Shown piece after piece: positions 37,978-47,618 of a DNA stretch of 64,000 nucleotides; position 1 is the stretch's first letter, and every line of letters begins with the position of its first letter. This DNA is from Marinilabilia sp. (GTDB lineage Bacteria > Bacteroidota > Bacteroidia > Bacteroidales > Marinilabiliaceae): contig NZ_JADQBH010000108.1 in the NCBI RefSeq assembly GCF_016278715.1, forward strand, positions 6,761 to 70,760, read 5' to 3'. The notes beneath the pieces were generated by a model. The model saw only the letters and a list, made by a program, of their open reading frames with translations. It was not told the DNA's origin and did no database searches. The translations under genes and the position numbers were made by a program.

Positions 37978-40125
37978 CTAATTGTGGTGTGTCATATCAA
38001 ATTTTATCTTTTTCAATTCCTCAAGGTCATGAACCGGACGTTCAAGTTCCGGAGGAATGGACATTTCAGAGAAGGTCTGGAAATAGAGGAGACATGCATC
38101 CCGCCACCATTCAGCTTCACGCGATTGAATCTTTAATTTATGCTGAACATGCTCAAATCGTTCTGCATCAATAAATCCATCCAACCGGTCCCATTTTTTC
38201 TGCATCAATCGTACCTCTTCAACTCCGTCATAATAATGATAACAAAGCTCATCCCATAATGAAAGGCCGGAACTCATAGTATAGTTCCACGGCAAATGGT
38301 GGAACCACAGAATCAGGTTTTCAGGACAAGTTTGAGGATTATTGTACATCGAAGCAAGTGGCTCCTCATATTGCGAAACGGCATCACTCCCGGAAGTACT
38401 ACGATCGAAGCCAATACCATCCTTCGATGCCTTGTGATAATATTTTGGAAGCCAGTCGGGTCGCGCATCTTCTATTTCGGTCCAGGGCTCGGGGCCGTGG
38501 TGGTGGCTCCATCCCATTAAGTGATGAAGACCAAGCGGAGTCATATAATTTACAACAGCTTCACGCGAACGCATCATTATATTCAATGTAGGCTTTACAA
38601 AAGCGGAGTCATTTGAGAATGTCATTCCCAGCCACTCGCGCCCAATTTCGTCAGCACGTAACGTGTGATCCCATGCCAATCGGCCAAAAGCAAACCAATT
38701 GGCCTGGGCAAAATGATGACCTGTCCAATTCGTGTCTCTGCCAATATTCGCGACACCGGCAATGGCGGTATGTTTCTGGTCAAACAAGGAGCCATCCGTG
38801 GCTTTAGCAACCGTTGATCCCGCCCCATTGACATAGGTATCACTCTCAAAAGTCTCCTTTTGCATGGTGGGCAGATAAGCCAGATGATTGGAAAAACCAA
38901 GATATTCCTGAGTTATCTGAAACTCGATCATCAACGGCGTGTGCTCCATAGCCCCAAAAACAGGGCTGAATGGCTCACGAGGCTGAAAATCGACTGGGCC
39001 GTTTTTCACCTGAACAATTACATTTTCATGGAATTCGCCATCCAGAGGAACAAACTCTTTATACGCCTGTTTTGCCCGGTCGTCACCTGAAGGAGCATAT
39101 ACAAAAGCTCTCCACATTACGATTCCATTATAGGGTTCCAAAGCCTCTGCCAGCATATTGGCTCCATCAGCATGCGTACGACCATAATCCTGAGGCCCAG
39201 GTTGACCTTCGGAATTGGCTTTTACCAGAAACCCTCCAAAATCTGGAATCTCATCATAAATTTCCTTTACTTTATTTTTCCACCATTCGCGCACCTCATC
39301 CTTCAACGGGTCTGAATCTTCCAGGTTTCCAATAATTGCAGGTGAAGAAAAGTTCACCGACATATAAACTTTAATGTTGTAAGGCCTGAGAACTTCAGCA
39401 AAGCGAGCAAATTTCTCAATGTACTCATCCGTCAGCACATCCGGATTGGCATTTACATTATTCAACACCGTTCCATTGATACCCACAGATGCATTGGCAC
39501 GTGCATAAACTACATAATCCTCTTTCAGGTCGTCAAAACTCCTTTCACGATTCCACCAGATAGAGTGTCCGGCATAACCCCGCTCCACAGTTCCATCTAA
39601 ATTGTCCCAGTGATTGAGCAAACGATGCTGATATTTCGGAGCCTCCACAATATCAAGTCCCTGAATCTCCTCTTCATTCTGTAACTTTCGAATGAAGGCA
39701 AATGTTCCGTAAAGAACGCCGGCATCGGTGTTGGCGGTTATTACAATCCGCAATCCTTTCTCTCCACCGATCTCTCTTATCACAAAACCCTCATCACCAC
39801 ACGTATTCAGGTGTTCTTCAATACCCGGCAACTCCAACTTTTCATGCAAACCGACGCCCAAATAAACTGAACTTCCGGAAAGCTTTTTATTAATCTCAAC
39901 GTCCATTCCGGTCATCCCTTCCAGAGCTCTAAGGAGTTCCTCTTTTGCCACGTTAATCACAGGGCTCTCTCCTTCAGCATAGATATTATCCAAAGTAGAA
40001 TAATCGTCAAGTACAGTCTCAGAAACTGGTACATATCGCAACCACAGTTTTTCACCTGATTCCGCACTAATCAAACCCGGTAGCGACACAACCAACAAAA
40101 CCAATAATAGAAATTTTCCTCGCAT
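37978..40125 (-). CDS. GH67 alpha-glucuronidase
   Basis: NHWDNLDGTVERGYAG, KANSEGQPGP, VKNGPVDFQPREP and EFQITQEYLG motifs. Confidence 0.96.
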   Translation of the reverse strand: MRGKFLLLVLLVVSLPGLISAESGEKLWLRYVPVSETVLDDYSTLDNIYAEGESPVINVAKEELLRALEGMTGMDVEINKKLSGSSVYLGVGLHEKLELPGIEEHLNTCGDEGFVIREIGGEKGLRIVITANTDAGVLYGTFAFIRKLQNEEEIQGLDIVEAPKYQHRLLNHWDNLDGTVERGYAGHSIWWNRERSFDDLKEDYVVYARANASVGINGTVLNNVNANPDVLTDEYIEKFARFAEVLRPYNIKVYMSVNFSSPAIIGNLEDSDPLKDEVREWWKNKVKEIYDEIPDFGGFLVKANSEGQPGPQDYGRTHADGANMLAEALEPYNGIVMWRAFVYAPSGDDRAKQAYKEFVPLDGEFHENVIVQVKNGPVDFQPREPFSPVFGAMEHTPLMIEFQITQEYLGFSNHLAYLPTMQKETFESDTYVNGAGSTVAKATDGSLFDQKHTAIAGVANIGRDTNWTGHHFAQANWFAFGRLAWDHTLRADEIGREWLGMTFSNDSAFVKPTLNIMMRSREAVVNYMTPLGLHHLMGWSHHHGPEPWTEIEDARPDWLPKYYHKASKDGIGFDRSTSGSDAVSQYEEPLASMYNNPQTCPENLILWFHHLPWNYTMSSGLSLWDELCYHYYDGVEEVRLMQKKWDRLDGFIDAERFEHVQHKLKIQSREAEWWRDACLLYFQTFSEMSIPPELERPVHDLEELKKIKFDMTHHN

Positions 40126-40175
40126 ATTTATTCTTTTTACAACGCACTAATTAAAAAATATTAATCTCCTGTAAT

Positions 40176-42842
40176 TCAGTCAATAAAACGACTATCCTTT
40201 CTCATTAGAACAGTCTCTAAAACCTGATTATGGATAAATTCAGATTTAACAGGTTGTCCACCCCCCACACTTATTTTCATCTTCCCTTTGGGAATAAGAA
40301 GTCCATTTTCAGGGTGGTAAACCGCCATTTGCTCAGGGGTAACAGAAAAAGAAATTGTTTTGGCCTCTCCGGGCTCCAGATAAAACCGTTCAAATCCCTG
40401 AAGACTTCTAATGGCATCATTGTCATATCCGGGATGGGAAATATATAATTGAGCAACCTCTTCTCCTCCCATTTCTCCATTATTGGTTACTTCCACTTCA
40501 ACTTTCATTTCTTCTCCATCTTCCTCATTGGAGAACACCTTTAAATTGGAATAATTAAAAGTTGTATAACTGAGTCCGTGACCAAAAGGAAAAAGAGATT
40601 CCCCTTTAAAATAGCGATAAGTTCGTCCGTCCATATTATAATTTTCAAAGGGAGGAAGTTGATCTACCGATTTATAAAATGTAACCGGAAGCCTTCCTGC
40701 AGGATTATAGTCTCCAAAAAGAACATCAGCAATAGCTTTTCCTCCGGCCTGCCCAGGGTACCATGCCTCCAATATAGCAGGAACATTTTCGGCTTCCCAG
40801 TTTATGGCCAAAGCACTTCCGTTAAGCAATACCAAAACAGTGGGTTTACCCAATTCCATTATTTCTTTTATCAGGTCGGTCTGCACAGCAGGCAACTGAA
40901 TAAGGGTTCTGTCACCACCCAAAAACCCCGGAACTTTCACTGGCATTTCCTCACCTTCTAATGAGGGACTTAACCCCATACACATGATCACAATATCTGA
41001 GGCCGATGCAAGCTCCAAAGCCTCCTTTTTCATGTTTGGTGCCGGAGCATCCCAAAGAAACTTCATCATAGGATACTCGGTATTATTTTGAGTGAACTCC
41101 ACCCGTACGTTATACTTTTCACCAGCCTGCAGGAAAAACTTTTTATAATGTGTTCGCGGATGGTGAACATCCGGTGGCAAATGGGCCACAGAATCACCAT
41201 CAAGAAAAACACTATAGCCAGAAAACCCCTCAGCTCCTAAAGCGTATTCACCTGTAACAGGAGGCACCAGAACGCCGGACCACCGAACCGAAAAGTTATC
41301 GTATTCCATATCCTCAAAAGGAGGTGTAGTTCTCCAGGAAAAGTCAATTAATTGATCCACCTGAGAGTGTAATGGCTTCCCTTCCAATTTATAATTTCCA
41401 AAATAGTCAGCTTTCAGTCCATTCTGAGACAAACTCTCATCAGAGTAGAGAAAATCTGTAGGGATAGGGATTAGAAAAGGAAACTCTTTTACCCAAGGAC
41501 ATCCCTGAGCATATCCGACCTGAGAGTCAGGAAGTTTTGCTTTTATTCCCTCAAATGGGGTAATCGAACCTGAAGGATAGCCATTATAGTTGGCCAGCAA
41601 CACATCTTCCCGGTTGGCATTAGGTCCGATTACAGCGATGCTCTTAACATTTTTATCGAGAGGAAGTGTTTTCTGCTCATTTTTAAGCAATACCATTGAT
41701 TTTTGTGCTGATTCGAGTGCCAGTTGCTGATGGTCCTCGCAATCAACCACTGAAAAAGGAATGTTCGAATAAGGTACCAGCTCATCAGGATCAAACATTC
41801 CCAGTTTCATACGAGCAAGCATCAATCGGGTAACCAGTACATCAATCTGTTCCTCTGATACCAGTCCCTGTCCAACAGCATCAACAAGGGCCGGATAAGA
41901 CTCACCACAATTCAGGTCTGTTCCGGCATTTGCTGCCATAGCAGCAGCTTCCTCAACGGTCGGAACCACTTCATGAAAACCTTCCATATAGAAATCCTGA
42001 AGAGCCCAACAATCTGAAACTATGTAACCATCAAAGCCCCACTCATCACGCAACAAATCAGCCACAGGCTTGCTTCCACAACAGGGCTGACCGTTCACAC
42101 GGTTGTAAGCGCACATTACGGAATAAACCCCGGCTTCCTGTACTGCCTTCTTAAATTGTGGTGTATAAGTCATTAGTGAATCACGAGCAGAAACAGAGAC
42201 GTCAAATTGGTGACGATTAGACTCCGGGCCACTATGAATCATAAAGTGCTTAGCCGTTGCTACCAGCTTAAGATATTTTTCATCATCTCCCTGAAGTCCG
42301 TGTATAAAGTCAACGGCCAGTTCACCCGACGAGTAAGGATCTTCTCCATAAGTTTCCATGCCCCGGCCCCATCGCGGATCACGGAAAATATTTATATTAG
42401 GTGTCCAAAATGTCAGACCCTGATAAATTCCTCTTTTTCCTCTTAGCAAAAAATCGTGATGTTTAGCTCTAGCCTCATCAGAAACGGCCGTTGCAATTCT
42501 AAACATCTCTTCATCGTCCCACATGGCAGCCATACCAATGGCTTGCGGAAAAACTGTGGCAAGACCTGCCCGACCAACGCCGTGCAGACTCTCATTCCAC
42601 CAGTTGTATTCGGGCACACCTAATCGTTCTACTGCATCCGCATTGAACTTCATCTGAGAGATTTTTTCTTTTAATGTCATTCGAGATACCAAATCGGCAG
42701 CTCGCTCTTCAAATGACAAATCTGTATTCAGATAAGGTTCCTTTTCGGTCTTACACGATGAAAAAAAAGAAAATCCGGCCACAAGGAAAAACAAATAAAA
42801 GGCTTGCCCGGATCTGAAAATTTTAATAAGAAATCTTATCAT
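40176..42842 (-). CDS. GH3 beta-xylosidase-like enzyme with PA14 insertion
   Basis: YNWWNESLHGV, WTPNINIFRDPRWGRGMETYGEDP and IVSDCWA motifs; PA14-like FSVRWSG. Confidence 0.92.
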   Translation of the reverse strand: MIRFLIKIFRSGQAFYLFFLVAGFSFFSSCKTEKEPYLNTDLSFEERAADLVSRMTLKEKISQMKFNADAVERLGVPEYNWWNESLHGVGRAGLATVFPQAIGMAAMWDDEEMFRIATAVSDEARAKHHDFLLRGKRGIYQGLTFWTPNINIFRDPRWGRGMETYGEDPYSSGELAVDFIHGLQGDDEKYLKLVATAKHFMIHSGPESNRHQFDVSVSARDSLMTYTPQFKKAVQEAGVYSVMCAYNRVNGQPCCGSKPVADLLRDEWGFDGYIVSDCWALQDFYMEGFHEVVPTVEEAAAMAANAGTDLNCGESYPALVDAVGQGLVSEEQIDVLVTRLMLARMKLGMFDPDELVPYSNIPFSVVDCEDHQQLALESAQKSMVLLKNEQKTLPLDKNVKSIAVIGPNANREDVLLANYNGYPSGSITPFEGIKAKLPDSQVGYAQGCPWVKEFPFLIPIPTDFLYSDESLSQNGLKADYFGNYKLEGKPLHSQVDQLIDFSWRTTPPFEDMEYDNFSVRWSGVLVPPVTGEYALGAEGFSGYSVFLDGDSVAHLPPDVHHPRTHYKKFFLQAGEKYNVRVEFTQNNTEYPMMKFLWDAPAPNMKKEALELASASDIVIMCMGLSPSLEGEEMPVKVPGFLGGDRTLIQLPAVQTDLIKEIMELGKPTVLVLLNGSALAINWEAENVPAILEAWYPGQAGGKAIADVLFGDYNPAGRLPVTFYKSVDQLPPFENYNMDGRTYRYFKGESLFPFGHGLSYTTFNYSNLKVFSNEEDGEEMKVEVEVTNNGEMGGEEVAQLYISHPGYDNDAIRSLQGFERFYLEPGEAKTISFSVTPEQMAVYHPENGLLIPKGKMKISVGGGQPVKSEFIHNQVLETVLMRKDSRFID

Positions 42843-42866
42843 GATTCAGTCCCATTTTTTAATAAG

Positions 42867-44495
42867 CTATTTGTATTCATATAATTTTATCTTCTGTATG
42901 TCAAAATTATCCACAGGAATTCGAAGATGCCTTCCCTGATGACTTTGATCCCCATTCATCCGGAACCGATTCACCCATTGGTCACCAACTCTTTCTATCT
43001 GCTCAATCTGACCAATGCCGGCTTCTGATTGCTCATTCAGACTTTCAAAAGTCACCACAATACCTGTCCCGGCCACGATGAATTCATCATTGCCCATAGA
43101 AATAATCAGACCTCCTGTTTCGGGCCATTGAGTTCCATCTTTGGCAGCAGGATTCCAACCCAGGGTATAATCATGCTTGAAATGGAATTGGTAATTCCCC
43201 ATCACAAACGAAGTGTCACGACGATCGTGATGAAACCATACTCCGGTAGTCTCTTTCCCTCGTTTTTCACCCAACAATGGAATCAACTGATGGAGAACTT
43301 CATAACTTTTTGTCAAAGGAGCCTCTGATGGATTGGAAGTATCTTCGATGGAAAAAGGACTGAATCCCATGGCATCGTGTTCGCCAAAAGCATAAAAAAC
43401 ACGAGCGTGATTACCCGGTTCGTTCCTGATTTCCGGTATAAACAAAGGATTATTGGGAAGATGGTACAAATTGCACCAATGGTTGAATCCCGGATCATAA
43501 ATATCCAAGGCATAAACATCGATGGCAGGGGCTGCGAGTTTCCAAATATCAATTAAGTGAGCCAAGGGACCGGCAGAAGGATACGCCCCGGGTTTTCTTC
43601 CCCTTGAATTAAGGGCCGCATTAACATACATAGGCAAGGGATATACCTCTTTTCCTGCTTCTGTGATTTCTCCGGCATATCGGGCAAAATGCCAGGCCAT
43701 AAACAACTCGTCGGTATAAAGGCCCTTACCAAAAACATCCTCCCAGTTTCCTTTTCCTTTCTTGCCGTTGCTTTCCCACATCTCTTTTAAATGGGGCTGC
43801 AAAGTTACGTTTTCATCCTGGAGAAGATTGATTACAGAAGCGGGCACCTCCTCTTCAAAGGCCCGGTTGGCTTCAGGGTGATAATCTCTGGCCTGTGGAA
43901 TCATCCCTATCTCGTTTTCCACCTGAACCATTATTACAGTGTGGTGCTGCTCATCCTTTTCTTTCAGGAATTCCATAAATTTTACAAAAGCTTTCTTGTC
44001 GGCATCAAGATTCTCACCAGAAAAAGGAGTCAGGATTTCCAATGGTTTTCCCTCTTTGGTAATACTACGTGGAAAGCGGTTCCAATCCTTTTTCACCCAC
44101 AAAGGAGCGTAACAGGACATGCTGTTTTTCCAACTGCCAAACCATAGCAAAACGAGTTTAGTATTATACTCTCTTGCTTGGTCGATTAGTTTATCAACCG
44201 ACGAAAAATCGAAATCACCTTCAGCCGGTTCTACCAACTCCCAATAAACAGGGGCCAGTACCGTATTTAGCTGCATAGCCTGTAAATCAGGCCATATCTC
44301 TGACATGAATTTTAAATCTGATGCGCTGGAATTGCCCAGTTCACCTCCCAGCATCAGCCAGGGTTTTTCATTCACCATAAGCTGAGTTGTCCCCCCTTCG
44401 GAACTCAGATAAGGAATTTTAGTTTTTTGGCTCCATAGAGTTGTTGAACCCAGCAGGACCATAAAAACTAAAACAAAAACGCTCTTTTTTTGCAT
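42867..44495 (-). CDS. GH35-like glycosidase with DUF5597-like C-terminus
   Basis: GGELGNSSAS, LLWFGSWKN, VQVENE and LFIPE motifs; signal peptide. Confidence 0.8.
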   Translation of the reverse strand: MQKKSVFVLVFMVLLGSTTLWSQKTKIPYLSSEGGTTQLMVNEKPWLMLGGELGNSSASDLKFMSEIWPDLQAMQLNTVLAPVYWELVEPAEGDFDFSSVDKLIDQAREYNTKLVLLWFGSWKNSMSCYAPLWVKKDWNRFPRSITKEGKPLEILTPFSGENLDADKKAFVKFMEFLKEKDEQHHTVIMVQVENEIGMIPQARDYHPEANRAFEEEVPASVINLLQDENVTLQPHLKEMWESNGKKGKGNWEDVFGKGLYTDELFMAWHFARYAGEITEAGKEVYPLPMYVNAALNSRGRKPGAYPSAGPLAHLIDIWKLAAPAIDVYALDIYDPGFNHWCNLYHLPNNPLFIPEIRNEPGNHARVFYAFGEHDAMGFSPFSIEDTSNPSEAPLTKSYEVLHQLIPLLGEKRGKETTGVWFHHDRRDTSFVMGNYQFHFKHDYTLGWNPAAKDGTQWPETGGLIISMGNDEFIVAGTGIVVTFESLNEQSEAGIGQIEQIERVGDQWVNRFRMNGDQSHQGRHLRIPVDNFDIQKIKLYEYK

Positions 44496-44605
44496 AACAT
44501 TAAACTTTCAAATTAGTTGTTCCAAAAACCAGCAATGTCAGGCTGAAGAAAACCCTCTGCCAAATCAAAAAACATTGCAAAAACAAGTGATATTTCCGAA
44601 AATAA

Positions 44606-44613
44606 CAAAGATA
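44606..44613 (-). promoter_or_regulatory. TAnnTTTG -7 box upstream of the GH35-GH3-GH67-GH43 genes
   Basis: TATCTTTG on the minus strand. Confidence 0.5.
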
Positions 44614-44705
44614 CATTATCATCCGTGGTCAAAGAAGGGAGACTTCTAACATATCTCTTTTCCCGGAAATATCACATGCATTCTACTCTTTGAATCATAG
44701 CCATA

Positions 44706-44864
44706 TTAATGATAAACAAAAGTACTTTCCTCCGACCCCAGGTAAGATGGTTTTAATCCACCGGTATCGATCACTATTTTTTGCAATACCAAGCCGGGAT
44801 CAACCATATAAAACCTGAGCGTATGATTACCGGCCTGTTGAATGGAACTCACTGCCTCTTTCAT
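44706..44864 (-). pseudogene. Relic 3' end of a GH115 alpha-glucuronidase gene (52 codons)
   Basis: Translates MKEAVSSIQQAGNHTLRFYMVDPGLVLQKIVIDTGGLKPSYLGSEESTFVYH*, matching the HTL..MVDPG.VLQKIV.D.GG.K.SYLG..ES terminus of GH115 enzymes; no upstream catalytic domain. Confidence 0.75.
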
Positions 44865-45299
44865 TAGATTGACTTTTAAGAAGTTTATTAAATCAAAGAG
44901 TAATGCTCGTTTTTATTCCTTACTCGTTTTTAGCTAGCATTCTGAAAATCCCAAATGGACATAAAAATCGCGGAACCAGGAAATCACCCCTGACTCTCCA
45001 TGTTTTAACTCCTGTAAATCGAAAAAAACAATCAACTAATCACCATTCATTGGTCATTGGTCAAATCGCACACAATAATTACACGAAGTTAGCGGGATGT
45101 GCAGTTCAGAAGGAGGAAAATTCTATCTTATAGGCGTACTTTTATTAAAAAGAGTAAATTTTTACAAAAAAAATGGTGGAAATTTCTATTCAATACACTT
45201 CTTCAGAAAGCCTTTCAGTTAAATAAATAAAATAAACTCAAGCTATTATTTTATCATGGAGATTTATGAACCCTTCATCTTCAACAAAGAAATTCATAA

Positions 45300-45332
45300 A
45301 AAAGGCCTGCCGAAAAAACTCCGACAGGCCTT
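45300..45332 (-). terminator. Terminator-like hairpin after GH10
   Basis: aaggcctg / caggcctt stem; T tract on the minus strand. Confidence 0.6.
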
Positions 45333-45367
45333 CATTTAAAAAGGAACTAAAGAACCATCAGAAAACT

Positions 45368-47590
45368 TTATTCCTGAAGTTCACCGGTAAAATCCTCACT
45401 CACATCCCTTCCGGCAAGACCATCGGCAAATGTTTTGTAAGCAACCTTGCGCTCGTAGTCAGCATCCCACAAACAGGGGGCATCATCGGGCAACCAATTT
45501 TCATGCTCCGCGGGGGCATCGCTGATTCCCCAAACAGTGATTCCATATTGCTGGGCTACGGGAATAATTTCCCGATATTGATCGGCAATAAACTGGTACA
45601 TCTCGGCCTGTTGCTCAAACTGCTCTGCAGAGGAAGCATCGGTAAGTACCTGAACATCCAGTTCGGAAACCTTAATTAGTTTTCCGGTGGCTGCCAACAG
45701 CTCAAACATTTGGGTGATATTCTCTTTGCTGGTATTGATTGAAACATGCATTTGCGTTCCGATACCATCAACTGTAGCACCCTGACTCTCGATGTATTCC
45801 ACATAGTCTATAAGACCTTCACATTTTGCAATACTACCTTCCAAACCATAATCATTGATGAAAAGAATATCGTCTGGGTTGCCGTACTGACGGGCAAGAT
45901 TGAAAGCAGTAACTGCAAAATCCTGACCCAGATATTTTTGCCAGTAGAACTCATCGCTGGCAGGCTCAGCCACATCTCCATCACGCAGTGTCCCATCATT
46001 GTTCATAGGCTCATTCACCACATCCCAGGCAGTAATGTCATTTTTGTAATGCTCCACCATCTGGGAGATCCAATCTTCCATAGCTGCTCCAATGAGCTGG
46101 GCCTTTTCCTCATCGGTTTTCTCAATGTAAGTAGGTGCTTTGGCTACTTTCAGAGAAGGAGCTCCAGCTGTAGCTTCAGGCGCTTTTCCAAGAACTACAT
46201 TATCAATATGGAATGTAGCCGCTGTGGCACCGAAATCAAAAACAAATTTATTTTTGTCGGCCGTAGAAGGTGTAACAGTGAAATCTACCGGAGTCCAGGA
46301 AGTTCCAACCTGAATTCCTCCATAATAGTCACCACCATAATCGGGGTTTTGTAATTGCACCTGGATTGTGGTAGCAACTGATGATTTAATCATAAAAGAG
46401 ACACTGTAATTGACCCCTTGCTCCAGCGGCTGATCAAATGTATAAACCTGCTGTGCGCTATAAGAATCAGCAGCAGTAGGATTGGTCAGCACCATTGAAT
46501 AACCGGTACCTCCATACCCTTCACCTTCGGCAGAAACTACTCTGGTAGAACTATTTCCCCAACCGTTCCAGGGATCCAATGTTCCACTTTCGAAATCTCC
46601 ATTAGAAATCAAATTTACAACAGTGGGTTCAGCATCGAGGTCTACAACATTCAAAGTATTCACATCGATATAATAAGTAACACCCGGAAGAGCTCCTAAG
46701 TCAAATGACAAAGAAAACCCGGTAGAACCTTCAGCAAACTCACTAATAGTATACTGAACTTGTTGCCAGGCAGAAGTCGTTTCAAAGGCCTCAGTTCCCG
46801 ACCCGGTTCCCATCCAGTCAATCCAGGGATATTCATTAGCAGCACCCGGCATAGAGATACGTCCTTTACCGGGTTGGTCACTCTTGATGAAAAAAGTCAC
46901 CTGATATTCATGCCCTGCAATTACGGGAACCTCAGGACTAACAATCTGCAAGTCCCAGTAATTCGCTGAACTGGAAGAAGCAATCAGTTTCATTGCATCG
47001 GTTCCGGCACCCATTCCTGCACCTCCTTCAACTGTAATACCATCACCCTGGTTATTACGAGCCCAACCGGTAAAACTACCATCTTCCAAACCTGAAACAT
47101 CCAACAGATTGCTACCGGCTGGTTCCGGTATAACTTCAGGAGCAATGAGCCCATTGAGATAACTTGCATCCTGATTCTGATGCCACACAAGAGTATGCCC
47201 AAATACGCTCAGCCCAGCACCTTTTGCCTTTTCCACAAAAGCATCAGCAGTAGTAAAGTCAATAGAGCCATCGCTGTTCACCATGGGGCCGTGTTTCATG
47301 ATATAACCGGCAACCACTTCGTCAAAATTTTGATGAACCACACTATCCACATTGCCTTGCTCCATATAAAGTCCTACACCCACACCCACACCGAGTTTAA
47401 AATCGGTGTAAGTGTTTAGTGCTTCGTAACGGGCTATTTTCTCCTCCATTTTAAGAGGAATTTCGGCTACAGTGATTTCAGAGGAAGGATCTCTCTCTTC
47501 CCACTCCATCATCTGATCGTCACAGGAGGTAGCAAATAGTGCTGCCATTGCCACCACCGGAATTAACATTTTATATTTCATAATTGTCAT
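45368..47590 (-). CDS. GH10 endo-1,4-beta-xylanase lipoprotein with two CBM4-like modules inserted in the catalytic domain
   Basis: Lipobox ATSC; GHTLVWHQ before the insert; WDVVNEP and KVSELDV after it. Confidence 0.92.
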   Translation of the reverse strand: MTIMKYKMLIPVVAMAALFATSCDDQMMEWEERDPSSEITVAEIPLKMEEKIARYEALNTYTDFKLGVGVGVGLYMEQGNVDSVVHQNFDEVVAGYIMKHGPMVNSDGSIDFTTADAFVEKAKGAGLSVFGHTLVWHQNQDASYLNGLIAPEVIPEPAGSNLLDVSGLEDGSFTGWARNNQGDGITVEGGAGMGAGTDAMKLIASSSSANYWDLQIVSPEVPVIAGHEYQVTFFIKSDQPGKGRISMPGAANEYPWIDWMGTGSGTEAFETTSAWQQVQYTISEFAEGSTGFSLSFDLGALPGVTYYIDVNTLNVVDLDAEPTVVNLISNGDFESGTLDPWNGWGNSSTRVVSAEGEGYGGTGYSMVLTNPTAADSYSAQQVYTFDQPLEQGVNYSVSFMIKSSVATTIQVQLQNPDYGGDYYGGIQVGTSWTPVDFTVTPSTADKNKFVFDFGATAATFHIDNVVLGKAPEATAGAPSLKVAKAPTYIEKTDEEKAQLIGAAMEDWISQMVEHYKNDITAWDVVNEPMNNDGTLRDGDVAEPASDEFYWQKYLGQDFAVTAFNLARQYGNPDDILFINDYGLEGSIAKCEGLIDYVEYIESQGATVDGIGTQMHVSINTSKENITQMFELLAATGKLIKVSELDVQVLTDASSAEQFEQQAEMYQFIADQYREIIPVAQQYGITVWGISDAPAEHENWLPDDAPCLWDADYERKVAYKTFADGLAGRDVSEDFTGELQE

Positions 47591-47618
47591 TTCTTAATTT
47601 ATGAGACAAAATACAATA

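Noticed and set aside
44900-45260. Remaining GH10-GH115 spacer with tggtcattggtc-type short repeats
   Set aside because: No convincing ORF remnant or element boundaries found; low-complexity intergenic repeats only
45368-47590. GH10 catalytic domain interrupted by CBM4 modules
   Set aside because: Known conserved architecture of Xyn10C-type xylanases in the susC-susD-SGBP-GH10 core of Bacteroidetes xylan PULs
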